From Patescibacteria group bacterium (lineage in GTDB: Bacteria; Patescibacteriota; Minisyncoccia; Phycocordibacterales; JACOZG01): a stretch of DNA of 64,000 nt. Location of the stretch: contig JBBUAW010000010.1 of NCBI GenBank assembly GCA_038058475.1, forward strand, positions 14,361 through 78,360, read 5' to 3'. Shown one piece after another: positions 48,560-57,423 of this stretch. A model generated the notes under the pieces. The model saw only the letters and a program-made list of their open reading frames with translations, ran no database searches and was not told the origin of the DNA. A program made the position numbers and the translations under genes. Each line of letters begins with the position of its first letter. The first letter of the stretch is position 1.

Positions 48560-49554
48560 GAAATAATTTGCAAAACTTTTTTTACCACACAATCATCATC
48601 AGTGACTGAACATACGTAGGGAGTAATTTCCCCCGCGATACCAACATCGGTCGAGACCACCGGGCATTCGCAAACATTGGCCTCAATCAAGGTCATCCCA
48701 TAACCCTCATACATAGAAGTTAAGAGAAACAGATCGGCAGTTTTATAGTAAGAATAAAGGACTTCTTGGCTAACCCATGGTTCAAAGATAATACTAGCTT
48801 CTAGGTTATAGCTTTTAGTTTTTAGTTTTAATTTTTGTTCTTCTGAACCAGAACCAACAATAATTAAGCCGGTTTTGGGTTTTTGTTTTATAATCTCATG
48901 CATAGCTTTAATGGCTAAGTTAACATTCTTCTCTCTCGTTAGACGAGATGCCATTAAAATAATTTTATCAAACTGTGGATATTTTTTATGAAGATCTGCG
49001 GTAATTGGGGTATTTTTTATTTTCTCAACATTAACAAAAATCGGTTTAACATATATCTTATTTTCGGCAATTCCTAAATTAGAAATTAAGTGGTTTTTAA
49101 TTCTCTGGCTCACAACTCTTATTCTATCGGCCTTAGGTAATAAAAATTTTGCCAAAAAATATCTGACCTTGTTTTTCAACGATTTGCGTTGAAAATACGG
49201 GCTTCCGATATCGGTATGAATTTGCAGTTCTAATTTGATTAATTGTCGGCGCCTAATTAACCAGCCGGTTAACCCTGACTCAAATGGATCTTGGCAGGTG
49301 ATGAAATCGGCTTGCCATTTAAGTTTCCGAGCCAATCTTATAGCGTCAAAAATATAAAATATTTTCAGTTTTGAATTAGTGGGATAAATCCAAAGTTTTG
49401 GCGAGACTTGATTGGCGATAAAACCAAGAGATTTTTTGGCAAATACTATTATGCGTGTTTCATCAATCAGGTCGGAGTAATCAGACGCTCGCTGGCGCAC
49501 GGTGCTCGTTAAATTGAATATTTGACGATCCGAACCAATGATAATGACTTTCAT
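48556..49554 (-). CDS. GT4-family glycosyltransferase.
   Basis: It has YEGYGMTLIEANVCECPVVSTDVGIAGEI (E-x7-E). It shares a KLKLKTKSY-LEA linker and nucleotide-level identity with the 50571-51683 ORF. Confidence 0.65.
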   Translation of the reverse strand: MKVIIIGSDRQIFNLTSTVRQRASDYSDLIDETRIIVFAKKSLGFIANQVSPKLWIYPTNSKLKIFYIFDAIRLARKLKWQADFITCQDPFESGLTGWLIRRRQLIKLELQIHTDIGSPYFQRKSLKNKVRYFLAKFLLPKADRIRVVSQRIKNHLISNLGIAENKIYVKPIFVNVEKIKNTPITADLHKKYPQFDKIILMASRLTREKNVNLAIKAMHEIIKQKPKTGLIIVGSGSEEQKLKLKTKSYNLEASIIFEPWVSQEVLYSYYKTADLFLLTSMYEGYGMTLIEANVCECPVVSTDVGIAGEITPYVCSVTDDDCVVKKVLQIIS

Positions 49555-49557
49555 AAT

Positions 49558-50559
49558 TTAATGGGGGATGGCTAAAAATTCGCTGGCCATTTTTGACCAA
49601 GAATGGATAAATGAAAAATTAATAATCTTCTTTTGCTGTTTAAGATAATTTTGTTCATCGGCTAGCCAAATGATTTTATTCTTAATATCCTCAATATTTA
49701 TTGGATCAACCAATAAAGCAATTTCTTCCAAGCGATTATTAATGCCGTTTTCTAAAGTCAAAATGAATGGTTTGCCATAATTTACGGCCGATAAAATTAG
49801 ATTTGGGCTAATTTCGGAGATTGAAGGAACAATAACGGCATAACTCGTTTTTATTTTTTCTTCCAATTTTTGAGGTGACCATTGACCGATTTCTAATGAT
49901 AAATCTGGCCGATCCAGTTGGATTGAAATAAAAGCCTGTTTAAGATAATCAAGATTTTTCAGTTTTAAATAACGTCCAGCCCAAAGAAAATTCTTTGTTG
50001 ATGGTAAAAAAGATAGTTCTTTAATGTTGTAGTAATTTTCAACAATCACCGTTTTGGCCAAATTTAACTTGTATGGCTTTCGCCAAATTTGCCTTTGCCA
50101 ATCCGTGCTGAAAACTATCGTCGTCGCATGATGAAGAATCCATTTTGTTAATCGGAAAATTATTTTTTCTTTTTTTGAAAAAAATTCTAATTCTGTTTGG
50201 TAAAAATTCCGCAATAAAATCAATTTTCCGGTTCTTTCCACATATTGTTCCCATAAAAAATCTCCGCCAATGCGGATAATTGTTTTTTTACCGAAAAGTT
50301 TTGCCGCGAGAACGACAGGCAGAGCCACACTAAACGTGTCAAGAGCCAAGCACCAATCGGTCCAAAACATAGCAGGTAAAATTTTGCAAAAATAAATAAA
50401 GTGACGCAAACCGGAAGGTAAATGTTTAATATCAGAAAATTTTTTCACCCTTACCTTGTGCCCAAGATTTTTAAATTCACGTTCTAAATTATAGGCATAT
50501 TGCGCCGGCCCGCCGATGTCGGGTGGGTAAAGCGGCGTGGCGATTAATATTTTCATCAA
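49558..50559 (-). CDS. GT-B glycosyltransferase.
   Basis: The N-terminus MMKILIATPLYPPDIGGPAQYAYNL is typical of GT4-like N-domains. Confidence 0.5.
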   Translation of the reverse strand: MMKILIATPLYPPDIGGPAQYAYNLEREFKNLGHKVRVKKFSDIKHLPSGLRHFIYFCKILPAMFWTDWCLALDTFSVALPVVLAAKLFGKKTIIRIGGDFLWEQYVERTGKLILLRNFYQTELEFFSKKEKIIFRLTKWILHHATTIVFSTDWQRQIWRKPYKLNLAKTVIVENYYNIKELSFLPSTKNFLWAGRYLKLKNLDYLKQAFISIQLDRPDLSLEIGQWSPQKLEEKIKTSYAVIVPSISEISPNLILSAVNYGKPFILTLENGINNRLEEIALLVDPINIEDIKNKIIWLADEQNYLKQQKKIINFSFIHSWSKMASEFLAIPH

Positions 50560-50570
50560 TAATTATTAAA

Positions 50571-51683
50571 TCAAATTTCCGTCAACTTGGCAATGATTTG
50601 GGCCATTCTTTGGGAAATTTTTATCCATTCATATTTCTCCATCACTAATTTTTTGGCATTGGTGATAACTTGTTCAACCTTCTCACGATTGTTGGGATCC
50701 AAAATATATTTCACCTTTTCCGCCACACTTTTTGGATTATTAACTTTACAAAACCAACCAGTTTCACCGTCTTTTAAAAAATCAGGAATTCCGCCGACCG
50801 GCGTGCCGATGACCGGCACGCCGACGGCCATCGCTTCTAAAAACGAATTGCCCAAACCCTCCGAGCGCGAAGGACGAGCGAATACGTCGGCTTGAGCCAG
50901 ATAGTTTGGTATCTCATTTGGTGGCACATGGCCTAAAAATTCTACTCTAGCTTCTAGGTGATAGCTTTTAGCTTTCAGTTTTAAATTTCTATCTTCTGGA
51001 CCGGTGCCTAAAATTTGCAGACGCGCATTACTTGGTAAAAATTGCATAGCTTCAATTAAAATATCCACCCCGTTTTTCCAAACCAATCGGGACGTTGTGA
51101 TTATTGTTTTTTCATTTCTCTTTTTATCCTGAAAACTAGAGCCTAAAAGCTGAAAATTATTAAGATCAACGCCGTTAGGGATTACTGTCATCGGACATTG
51201 CGCGCCCATCTGTCGCGCCCAGCGCGCGAGGTAATTCGAGATCGCTGTGAGATAATCCGCGCGCCGGAAAACCCCAAACCAGCGCGGCGCCAGAAGCCGC
51301 AAACGGTAGGCCAAACTGTTGAGATTATCCCCTTCCTGCAAAGTCAGCAGAAATGGCACCGATGAAAAACGACGTTTGAACAGCGCCGCCGCCATTCCCG
51401 CCTGATTGGCCATTATCGCCCAAACGGCGTCGTATTTTTTTTCTTGATGTAATTTGGCCGCTAAACGATAAGCGGCTAACGGAAAAAAGTATTTTGAACC
51501 GGTCAGACGATAGATTGAAACCGAGCCGATTTCTTCTTCCGCTGGCTGTTTTTGATCCAAATTGACGGTAATCAAATCAAAATCATAATCGGTCAAACGA
51601 TCAGTAATTTCTTTCACTGCCACTTCGGCGCCGCCCACGAACGGTTGATAAGCTGCTGAAAAAATTAGCAGGCGTCTTTTCAT
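50571..51683 (-). CDS. GT4-family glycosyltransferase.
   Basis: It has RSEGLGNSFLEAMAVGVPVIGTPVGGIPDFL (E-x7-E). Confidence 0.7.
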   Translation of the reverse strand: MKRRLLIFSAAYQPFVGGAEVAVKEITDRLTDYDFDLITVNLDQKQPAEEEIGSVSIYRLTGSKYFFPLAAYRLAAKLHQEKKYDAVWAIMANQAGMAAALFKRRFSSVPFLLTLQEGDNLNSLAYRLRLLAPRWFGVFRRADYLTAISNYLARWARQMGAQCPMTVIPNGVDLNNFQLLGSSFQDKKRNEKTIITTSRLVWKNGVDILIEAMQFLPSNARLQILGTGPEDRNLKLKAKSYHLEARVEFLGHVPPNEIPNYLAQADVFARPSRSEGLGNSFLEAMAVGVPVIGTPVGGIPDFLKDGETGWFCKVNNPKSVAEKVKYILDPNNREKVEQVITNAKKLVMEKYEWIKISQRMAQIIAKLTEI

Positions 51684-51728
51684 TTGCTCATCTTACTACA
51701 AATCTGCTAATCTGATAATTAAATCAGG

Positions 51729-52385
51729 ATGAAAAAATTTATTAGAGTTTTAGGTTGGGTTTTCTGGTTATGGGTCTTGGCGATGGTATTATTGCAAGCG
51801 GCCAGTTTATTTATCAACGGCGCCAGTCGAGAAACTTTAACGGTGATCAGCGAGCTGTTAATTTTCGTTTGGTTGGGATTGATTTATCTTTTCCGGCGGC
51901 CATTAACCAACATCATCAGAATAATTCCCAACCATTATTGGCGGTTTGTGGTTGTCGGTTATTTGTCAACAGTCGTCGCCGAGTTGGTTTATATGTTTTC
52001 CAAACCGATTCACCAAGCCGTGAGTTGGGATTTGATTCTGACCGCCCCGTGGTATTTATTGTGGTTGATATTTTGGTTTTCTATTCTCCGAAAATACAAC
52101 TACACTTTAATGGAGGCATTTATTCTCGGCGGCCTGCACGGTTTTATCATTGAAGGACTATTAAATAATCCATTACTAGCCTTCGTTGGTTTCCCATTAT
52201 TTATCGCTTTATACGGTTCTTTCTTTATTGTTCCTTATTTATTGATGAAAGAAGATTTCCAAAAACAACAGTCTGCCAGTTTAAGGAGAAAGATTATAAT
52301 GTCGTTTGTGCCGCTTATTGCTTTTGTCGTTGGAGCGATTTGGATCTTGTTGTTAGTAAAGACTTTTAATCTGACTTTGCATTAG
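51729..52385 (+). CDS. Polytopic integral membrane protein of unknown function.
   Basis: The 218-aa ORF has about 6 hydrophobic helices. Its stop abuts the start of the next gene (TAG followed directly by ATG). Confidence 0.45.
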   Translation: MKKFIRVLGWVFWLWVLAMVLLQAASLFINGASRETLTVISELLIFVWLGLIYLFRRPLTNIIRIIPNHYWRFVVVGYLSTVVAELVYMFSKPIHQAVSWDLILTAPWYLLWLIFWFSILRKYNYTLMEAFILGGLHGFIIEGLLNNPLLAFVGFPLFIALYGSFFIVPYLLMKEDFQKQQSASLRRKIIMSFVPLIAFVVGAIWILLLVKTFNLTLH

Positions 52386-53384
52386 ATGAAAAATAAATAT
52401 TTTTTATTGGGAATTTTATTTGTCTTTATTTTGACAATTATTATTTATGTCGATAAGAAACCGCCGGATTGGCAAGAGATAAGGAAAAACGATGTTGCTC
52501 AAATTTCTTCGGAATGGAATGAACCACAGCTTTTGCCGTTCAATACCGACGGTTGGTACGAAGGAGATTATATTTCTCCAGATGGAAGAACTTTTTATTT
52601 CGGATATATCGATGTTGATGCTTTCAGATTTCATTTTGGGGACGGTCAAGTGGAAAAAATTGGACCATCTTTAGATGAAAAGAAAACCTGCGTTTTGGGC
52701 CAGTTGGGAAACTGGAATTGCGGCGATTATCCAAGATATGATTTGTTTTACATTGAAAAAACTCCGGCTGGTTGGAGCGAACCGAAACCCCATCCCCTAA
52801 CCTTAAATTGTCCGGTTCAGAGTCTTACTTTAATCAACAACGATAAAGCTTATTTTGTGGCCTCTTTCGACGACAAATGCCGTGAAAAAGATATCGCCTA
52901 TTCGGAAAAAATTAATGGCGAGTGGTCGCCGATAAAAAAAGTTGAAGCCGTCAGCAGTGTTTATTGGGATGACGATCCCTATGTTAATCAAGGAGATACC
53001 GAGATGTTTTTCTGGAGTCGGCGACCGGCCAAGTTGAAAGGCAGTAATATTTATCGCGCGGTGAAGATTAACGGCGAGTGGCAAACACCGGAGTTGCTTT
53101 CTAAACCGATCAATAGCGACGGCGACGATCTGCAAACATTTCTTGACGGAGATTATTTATATTTTGTTTCCAACCGACAGCCGAATGGAAAATTAACAAA
53201 AATCTATCGTTCCAAAAGATTGGGCGATAATCTCTGGGGCGCACCAGAAGTAATTATTTCCAGTAAATTTGCTGTGGGCGAGCCGAGTTTCCCCGCTGAC
53301 GGCCGGCGATTGTATTTTGAACAAATTTTTACGGACGGCCGAGGAAATTTTAAAGCCGAGATGTTGTTTGCGGACAAGAAATAA
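52386..53384 (+). CDS. TolB-like beta-propeller (PD40 repeat) protein with an N-terminal membrane anchor.
   Basis: It has repeated PD40-like units: DGRTFYF, DKAYFVASFDD, DTEMFFWSRR, DGDYLYFVSNRQ and DGRRLYFEQ. It also has an N-terminal hydrophobic segment. Confidence 0.55.
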   Translation: MKNKYFLLGILFVFILTIIIYVDKKPPDWQEIRKNDVAQISSEWNEPQLLPFNTDGWYEGDYISPDGRTFYFGYIDVDAFRFHFGDGQVEKIGPSLDEKKTCVLGQLGNWNCGDYPRYDLFYIEKTPAGWSEPKPHPLTLNCPVQSLTLINNDKAYFVASFDDKCREKDIAYSEKINGEWSPIKKVEAVSSVYWDDDPYVNQGDTEMFFWSRRPAKLKGSNIYRAVKINGEWQTPELLSKPINSDGDDLQTFLDGDYLYFVSNRQPNGKLTKIYRSKRLGDNLWGAPEVIISSKFAVGEPSFPADGRRLYFEQIFTDGRGNFKAEMLFADKK

Positions 53385-53398
53385 TTGTCGGCAAAAAA

Positions 53399-55048
53399 CT
53401 ATTTACCCGGGGCTTGTTCCGGCCGCAAAATCTTTTCCAACACGGCGCGCGGCACTTCGTTTTTTTCGGAGTCAATTTTTGGGAACGGCGGCGTTAGCGG
53501 CGGCGGAGATGACGGACTGCAAACGGGCTCGGTCTTTTTCTCCATAATCACTTTCAGTGACTGGCGTAATTCTTCCTTGGTTTTTTCTTTCTCTGTTGCG
53601 CTTAAAATTTTTTTATCAAAAGGGGGATGATTTTTCAAAACATTGAGCGAGACGGCCGGTTTTTCTTCTCTTTTTCTGGCTGGTTCAACCGGTGGTCTAA
53701 CCGGCGGTTCGGTTGGCAACGGCGCGCGGCGCGCGGCAGCTGGTTGATTTTTATGCCATTCAACGATTTCGGTTTCCACCGCGCCGCGCGGTCGGGCGTA
53801 AGTGGTCCGTGAATGTTCAATGATTTGATTTTTCGGCGAATCCTGCAATAACGGAATCGGCGGCAAAGTCAAAGCGGAAAACGGCGGCGAACCGACCCCG
53901 TCAATCATTAAAGTCAGATAAACTTGGGCGAAACCAAGATTAACCAAATCTTCTTGAGTGAAAGTCGGGAAGAAAATTTTCTCCAATATTTCGGCGTCAA
54001 ACGGCCCGACGCGGAAAACGACAATCGTGCCGACATTGCCGAAAACCGCCGCGCGCACTTCTTCGGCCATTTGTTCAATGTATTGATGGGCGATAATCAG
54101 CGATAATTTATATTTCCGCGCCTCGGATAAGATGTTGGCGAACGATTCGTTGGCAAATGACTGAAATTCGTCCACGAAAAGATAGAACGGCGGCAGAATC
54201 CGCAATTCCGGTCCGGAAAGATTAGCCCGCGACATTGCCGTTAAATAAAGCTTGGTAATCAGCATCGCGCCGATTAAATTGGCATTGCCCTCGCCAATCC
54301 GCCCTTTGGATAAATTGGCGATAAAAATTTTCCGGTCGTCCATCACCCGCCGGAAATCAAACGAGGACACCGGTTGGCCGATGATATTCCGAATCAGCGG
54401 ATTGGAAGTGAACTGGCCGATCTTATTTTGGATCGCCGGCACCGCTTCGGCGGCAAACCGTTCGGTGTATTTGGCGAATTCGTCCGTCCAATAAGCTTTG
54501 ACGCTCGGATCGGTCACGTTATCCACCACTTTTTTTCGAAAGTCCTTGTCGGAAATCATCCGGTTGACACCCAACAGAGTTGAGCCGGGATATTCCAGTA
54601 GCGCTAATAAAATGTTAGTTAAAATGTAAGCCATCCGGTCCGACCACGATTCCGGTCCCCAAATTTTTTTAAAAGTGCTCATTAAACCATTCACCACTAA
54701 GTGTCGTTGGTCCGGGCCGACATCTTCCATCACGTTGAACGAAATCGGATGCTCCAGATCGAAGGGCGCGAAATAAACGACATCCTTCAACCGCGCCGGC
54801 GGCACATAATCCAGTAGTTTTTCGGCGGTTGAACCGTGTGGGTCAATGAAGGCCAAGCCGTGACCGTTTTGAATGTCTTGAATAGCCATATTTTCCAACA
54901 AGGTAGATTTACCCATGCCGGTTTTTCCGATGACATAGAAATGCCGCGCCCGATCGTCATTCTTGATGCCGAATCTGGTTCGCCGGCCGCGAAAGTCCGT
55001 TTCGGCAAAATAGGCCACCTCTGGATTTGAAGTCTCATTAGCCATCAC
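53399..55048 (-). CDS. TraD/VirD4/TrwB-type (AAA_10-like) P-loop ATPase with a Pro-rich low-complexity C-terminal tail.
   Basis: It has Walker A YVIGKTGMGKSTL, a following AFIDPHG, a Walker B ILPPFYLFVDEFQ and LIIAHQYIEQ. There is no N-terminal TM segment. The last about 150 aa are P/E/K-rich. Confidence 0.5.
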   Translation of the reverse strand: MMANETSNPEVAYFAETDFRGRRTRFGIKNDDRARHFYVIGKTGMGKSTLLENMAIQDIQNGHGLAFIDPHGSTAEKLLDYVPPARLKDVVYFAPFDLEHPISFNVMEDVGPDQRHLVVNGLMSTFKKIWGPESWSDRMAYILTNILLALLEYPGSTLLGVNRMISDKDFRKKVVDNVTDPSVKAYWTDEFAKYTERFAAEAVPAIQNKIGQFTSNPLIRNIIGQPVSSFDFRRVMDDRKIFIANLSKGRIGEGNANLIGAMLITKLYLTAMSRANLSGPELRILPPFYLFVDEFQSFANESFANILSEARKYKLSLIIAHQYIEQMAEEVRAAVFGNVGTIVVFRVGPFDAEILEKIFFPTFTQEDLVNLGFAQVYLTLMIDGVGSPPFSALTLPPIPLLQDSPKNQIIEHSRTTYARPRGAVETEIVEWHKNQPAAARRAPLPTEPPVRPPVEPARKREEKPAVSLNVLKNHPPFDKKILSATEKEKTKEELRQSLKVIMEKKTEPVCSPSSPPPLTPPFPKIDSEKNEVPRAVLEKILRPEQAPGK

Positions 55049-55088
55049 TTAAAGTATAACAAAAAAAAGCCGAGTCGTCTGGAGATTG

Positions 55089-56288
55089 CTAGGGGGAGAT
55101 TTTTTCCAAGGCCTCGCGCGTGTAGCGATTAGACGGGCTCCACAGCATCCACGAGGTCAGACCGGCTTCGGCGGTAGCCTGAATTTGCGCCCGAACCAGC
55201 GCCGCCGTATAATCTGCGCCCAGATCAAAATCTTGCAGCCACGGGCGCAATTTACTCGCCGTGGAACTGGCGGCCGTCAGTCGCGCGCCGGCCGTCGTCA
55301 GCGAATGTTTAACCACTTCGTAAGGATGATCCGCCGGATTGGTGAAATTCAAAAAACCGGAGGCGAAGTGCGACGGATACACCATCGGCGCCAGATAATC
55401 GAAATAAGGCGCGGCCTCCACCAACATTTGGCCGATGCCCAAATCGTCAAACGCCGTGGTGGTTAATCCAAACAGATCAATTGACAACGGCGCGCCGAGC
55501 GCGCCTAATTCCTGATGCAGATAAGCGAAGAATTTTTTCAAGATTAAAACTCTGGTTTCTTTGGTTGAATCAAAAAAACGATAGGAAATATTTTTCATAT
55601 CGCCGTCGGAAGGAAAACGAATGTAATCAAAATTAAGTTCATCAAAACCGACCGCGTAAGACGCTCGCGCCAGACGGATAATGTAATCCCAAACCTCGGT
55701 CGCGCCCGGCTCCAGCCAGGCAATCCCCTTGCGATCACGCCAAACCGCGCCGTCTGACAAGCGCAACACCGCCAACTCCGGCCGCGCGCCGGTTAAAAAA
55801 ACATCCTGAAAAACGGAAATCCGGCCGATGACGTAAATCCCGCGCGCGTGGAGATCGCCGATAAATTTCTTGATGTCTGGGATTCGGTTCTCCACCGCGC
55901 CGCTTTTAATCAAAATTGGATCATCGGGGGTAAAAGTAATCCGACCGGTGTAATCCTTAATGTCAATCACCACGGCGTTCAATTCCGTTTCATCAATCAA
56001 TTTAACCAATTCGGCGCGGCGCGCCATTGTGCCCGCCACCCAACTGGTCAGATAAATCGCCCGGACCGATTCGGGCGTTGGGAGATGAGTGACGACAAAA
56101 GTGGAAATCGGTAATGATGTTGGTTTAATAACGGCGGCCGGTAGTAAATTATCAAACGGTCGCCAACGACCGGAGCCAGTGAACAAACTGGCGGTCGTGG
56201 CGACAAAAACCGCGACGGTGATTATTCCCGCCAACGCCAACCAACGATTAAACCGTGTGGTCGTTCGGTTTTTCGCCTTCACGAACAT
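55089..56288 (-). CDS. Membrane-anchored putative glycoside hydrolase (DUF4015-like TIM-barrel).
   Basis: It has an N-terminal TM helix and resembles the DUF4015 family in layout (GFDELNFDYIRFP). The assignment is tentative. Confidence 0.4.
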   Translation of the reverse strand: MFVKAKNRTTTRFNRWLALAGIITVAVFVATTASLFTGSGRWRPFDNLLPAAVIKPTSLPISTFVVTHLPTPESVRAIYLTSWVAGTMARRAELVKLIDETELNAVVIDIKDYTGRITFTPDDPILIKSGAVENRIPDIKKFIGDLHARGIYVIGRISVFQDVFLTGARPELAVLRLSDGAVWRDRKGIAWLEPGATEVWDYIIRLARASYAVGFDELNFDYIRFPSDGDMKNISYRFFDSTKETRVLILKKFFAYLHQELGALGAPLSIDLFGLTTTAFDDLGIGQMLVEAAPYFDYLAPMVYPSHFASGFLNFTNPADHPYEVVKHSLTTAGARLTAASSTASKLRPWLQDFDLGADYTAALVRAQIQATAEAGLTSWMLWSPSNRYTREALEKISP

Positions 56289-56478
56289 TCTTGATTATAT
56301 TTTCTGGCCGCTCAACACCCTGACCGCTAATTTCCGCCAGCGAAAATAAAACTGTCAACAAACCAAAAATGACAAATAAGACGGTTTTAAATTTATCAGG
56401 CAGACCGAGAAACGGCAAAATAATTATCAACAAACCAAGCAGAGCGCAAGCCAAACGAAACGATGAATTTTTAATCAT
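56248..56478 (-). CDS. Small two-helix membrane protein (hypothetical).
   Basis: The 76-aa ORF has two hydrophobic helices. It is translationally coupled to fba (a 4-nt overlap). Confidence 0.3.
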   Translation of the reverse strand: MIKNSSFRLACALLGLLIIILPFLGLPDKFKTVLFVIFGLLTVLFSLAEISGQGVERPENIIKNVREGEKPNDHTV

Positions 56479-57359
56479 TTAGTCAGATTATTAAATATTC
56501 TTAATTTATTTTCAACGACTTTTTGCATCGCCAGCATGGCCGGTTTTAGGATTTTATATGGCGCCACTTCTTCGGGATTTTCTTGAAGCGATCGCTTCAG
56601 CGCATCGCGATAAGCGACGCGAAGTTCGGTGTTGATATGGATTATCGCCACACCGGCGGCGATGGCGCGGCGCAAGTCATCGTCGGTGTTGCCGGAGGCG
56701 CCGTGCAAAACCAGCGGCACGCCGGCCGCCTCGTGGAGTAATTTGATTCGCGCGATATCCAGCGCCGGATCGGCGCCGATTTCTAACATTCCATGGATAT
56801 TACCGACGGCCGGTGCAAATAATTGGACGCCGGTTTGACGGACAAACTCGGCGGCTTGTCCAGGCTTAACCAACGCCTCGGCGTCAAGATTAACATCTGG
56901 CGGAATTGTTTCAAGTAATTTGGAAGAAGTTCCGATATAACCGAGTTCGCCTTCAATAATAATTTCCGATCCGGCGGCCGCGGAAAATTTCCGGACGTAA
57001 TCCACACATTTCTTTGTCTCAATAATATTTTCTGCCAGCGGTAATTTACTCCCGTCAAAAATCACGGCGTCAAAACCGGCTTCCACGGCTTCTTTGACCC
57101 GGTCAAAAGAATAGGTGTGGTCGGCGTTAAGAAAAATCGCCTGCTGAAATTCTTCGCGAACACTTTTAGTCAGCGCTGCGATTTGCCGCACCCCGATAAA
57201 ATCGCGCTCGCCTTCCGAAACGCCGATAATCACCGGCAAGTCTAGTTCGCGCGCGGCGCGCGCAATCGCCCACACGCCTTCAATGTTGGATACATTAAAA
57301 TGTCCAATCGCGATATGTTTGGTCTCGGCTTCAAGGATATATTCTTTCAGGGTTCGCAT
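56475..57359 (-). CDS. fba: Class II fructose-bisphosphate aldolase.
   Basis: It has the HFNVSNIEG..., FLNADHTYS and GNIHG motifs. The start is placed at MRTLKEYI (ATG 57359). The track ORF extends to 57416. Confidence 0.85.
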   Translation of the reverse strand: MRTLKEYILEAETKHIAIGHFNVSNIEGVWAIARAARELDLPVIIGVSEGERDFIGVRQIAALTKSVREEFQQAIFLNADHTYSFDRVKEAVEAGFDAVIFDGSKLPLAENIIETKKCVDYVRKFSAAAGSEIIIEGELGYIGTSSKLLETIPPDVNLDAEALVKPGQAAEFVRQTGVQLFAPAVGNIHGMLEIGADPALDIARIKLLHEAAGVPLVLHGASGNTDDDLRRAIAAGVAIIHINTELRVAYRDALKRSLQENPEEVAPYKILKPAMLAMQKVVENKLRIFNNLTK

Positions 57360-57423
57360 ATGACAGTATTGTAACACAAAAAAATATGTCTGTGATACAA
57401 TGGATAATAATTGCAAAAATTAT

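Noticed and set aside
55049..55088. A possible intrinsic terminator at the A8/T8 run between the ATPase and DUF4015 genes.
   Set aside because: I could not find a convincing GC-rich stem adjacent to the T-run on the transcribed strand. The genes are probably cotranscribed.
53385..55466. Numerous short Arg/Gly/Pro-rich ORFs in the GC-rich stretch: 53269-53547, 53385-53630, 53627-53812, 54252-54583 and 55086-55466.
   Set aside because: They are antisense or out of frame relative to the long ATPase and DUF4015 genes. Their composition is typical of spurious ORFs in higher-GC DNA.
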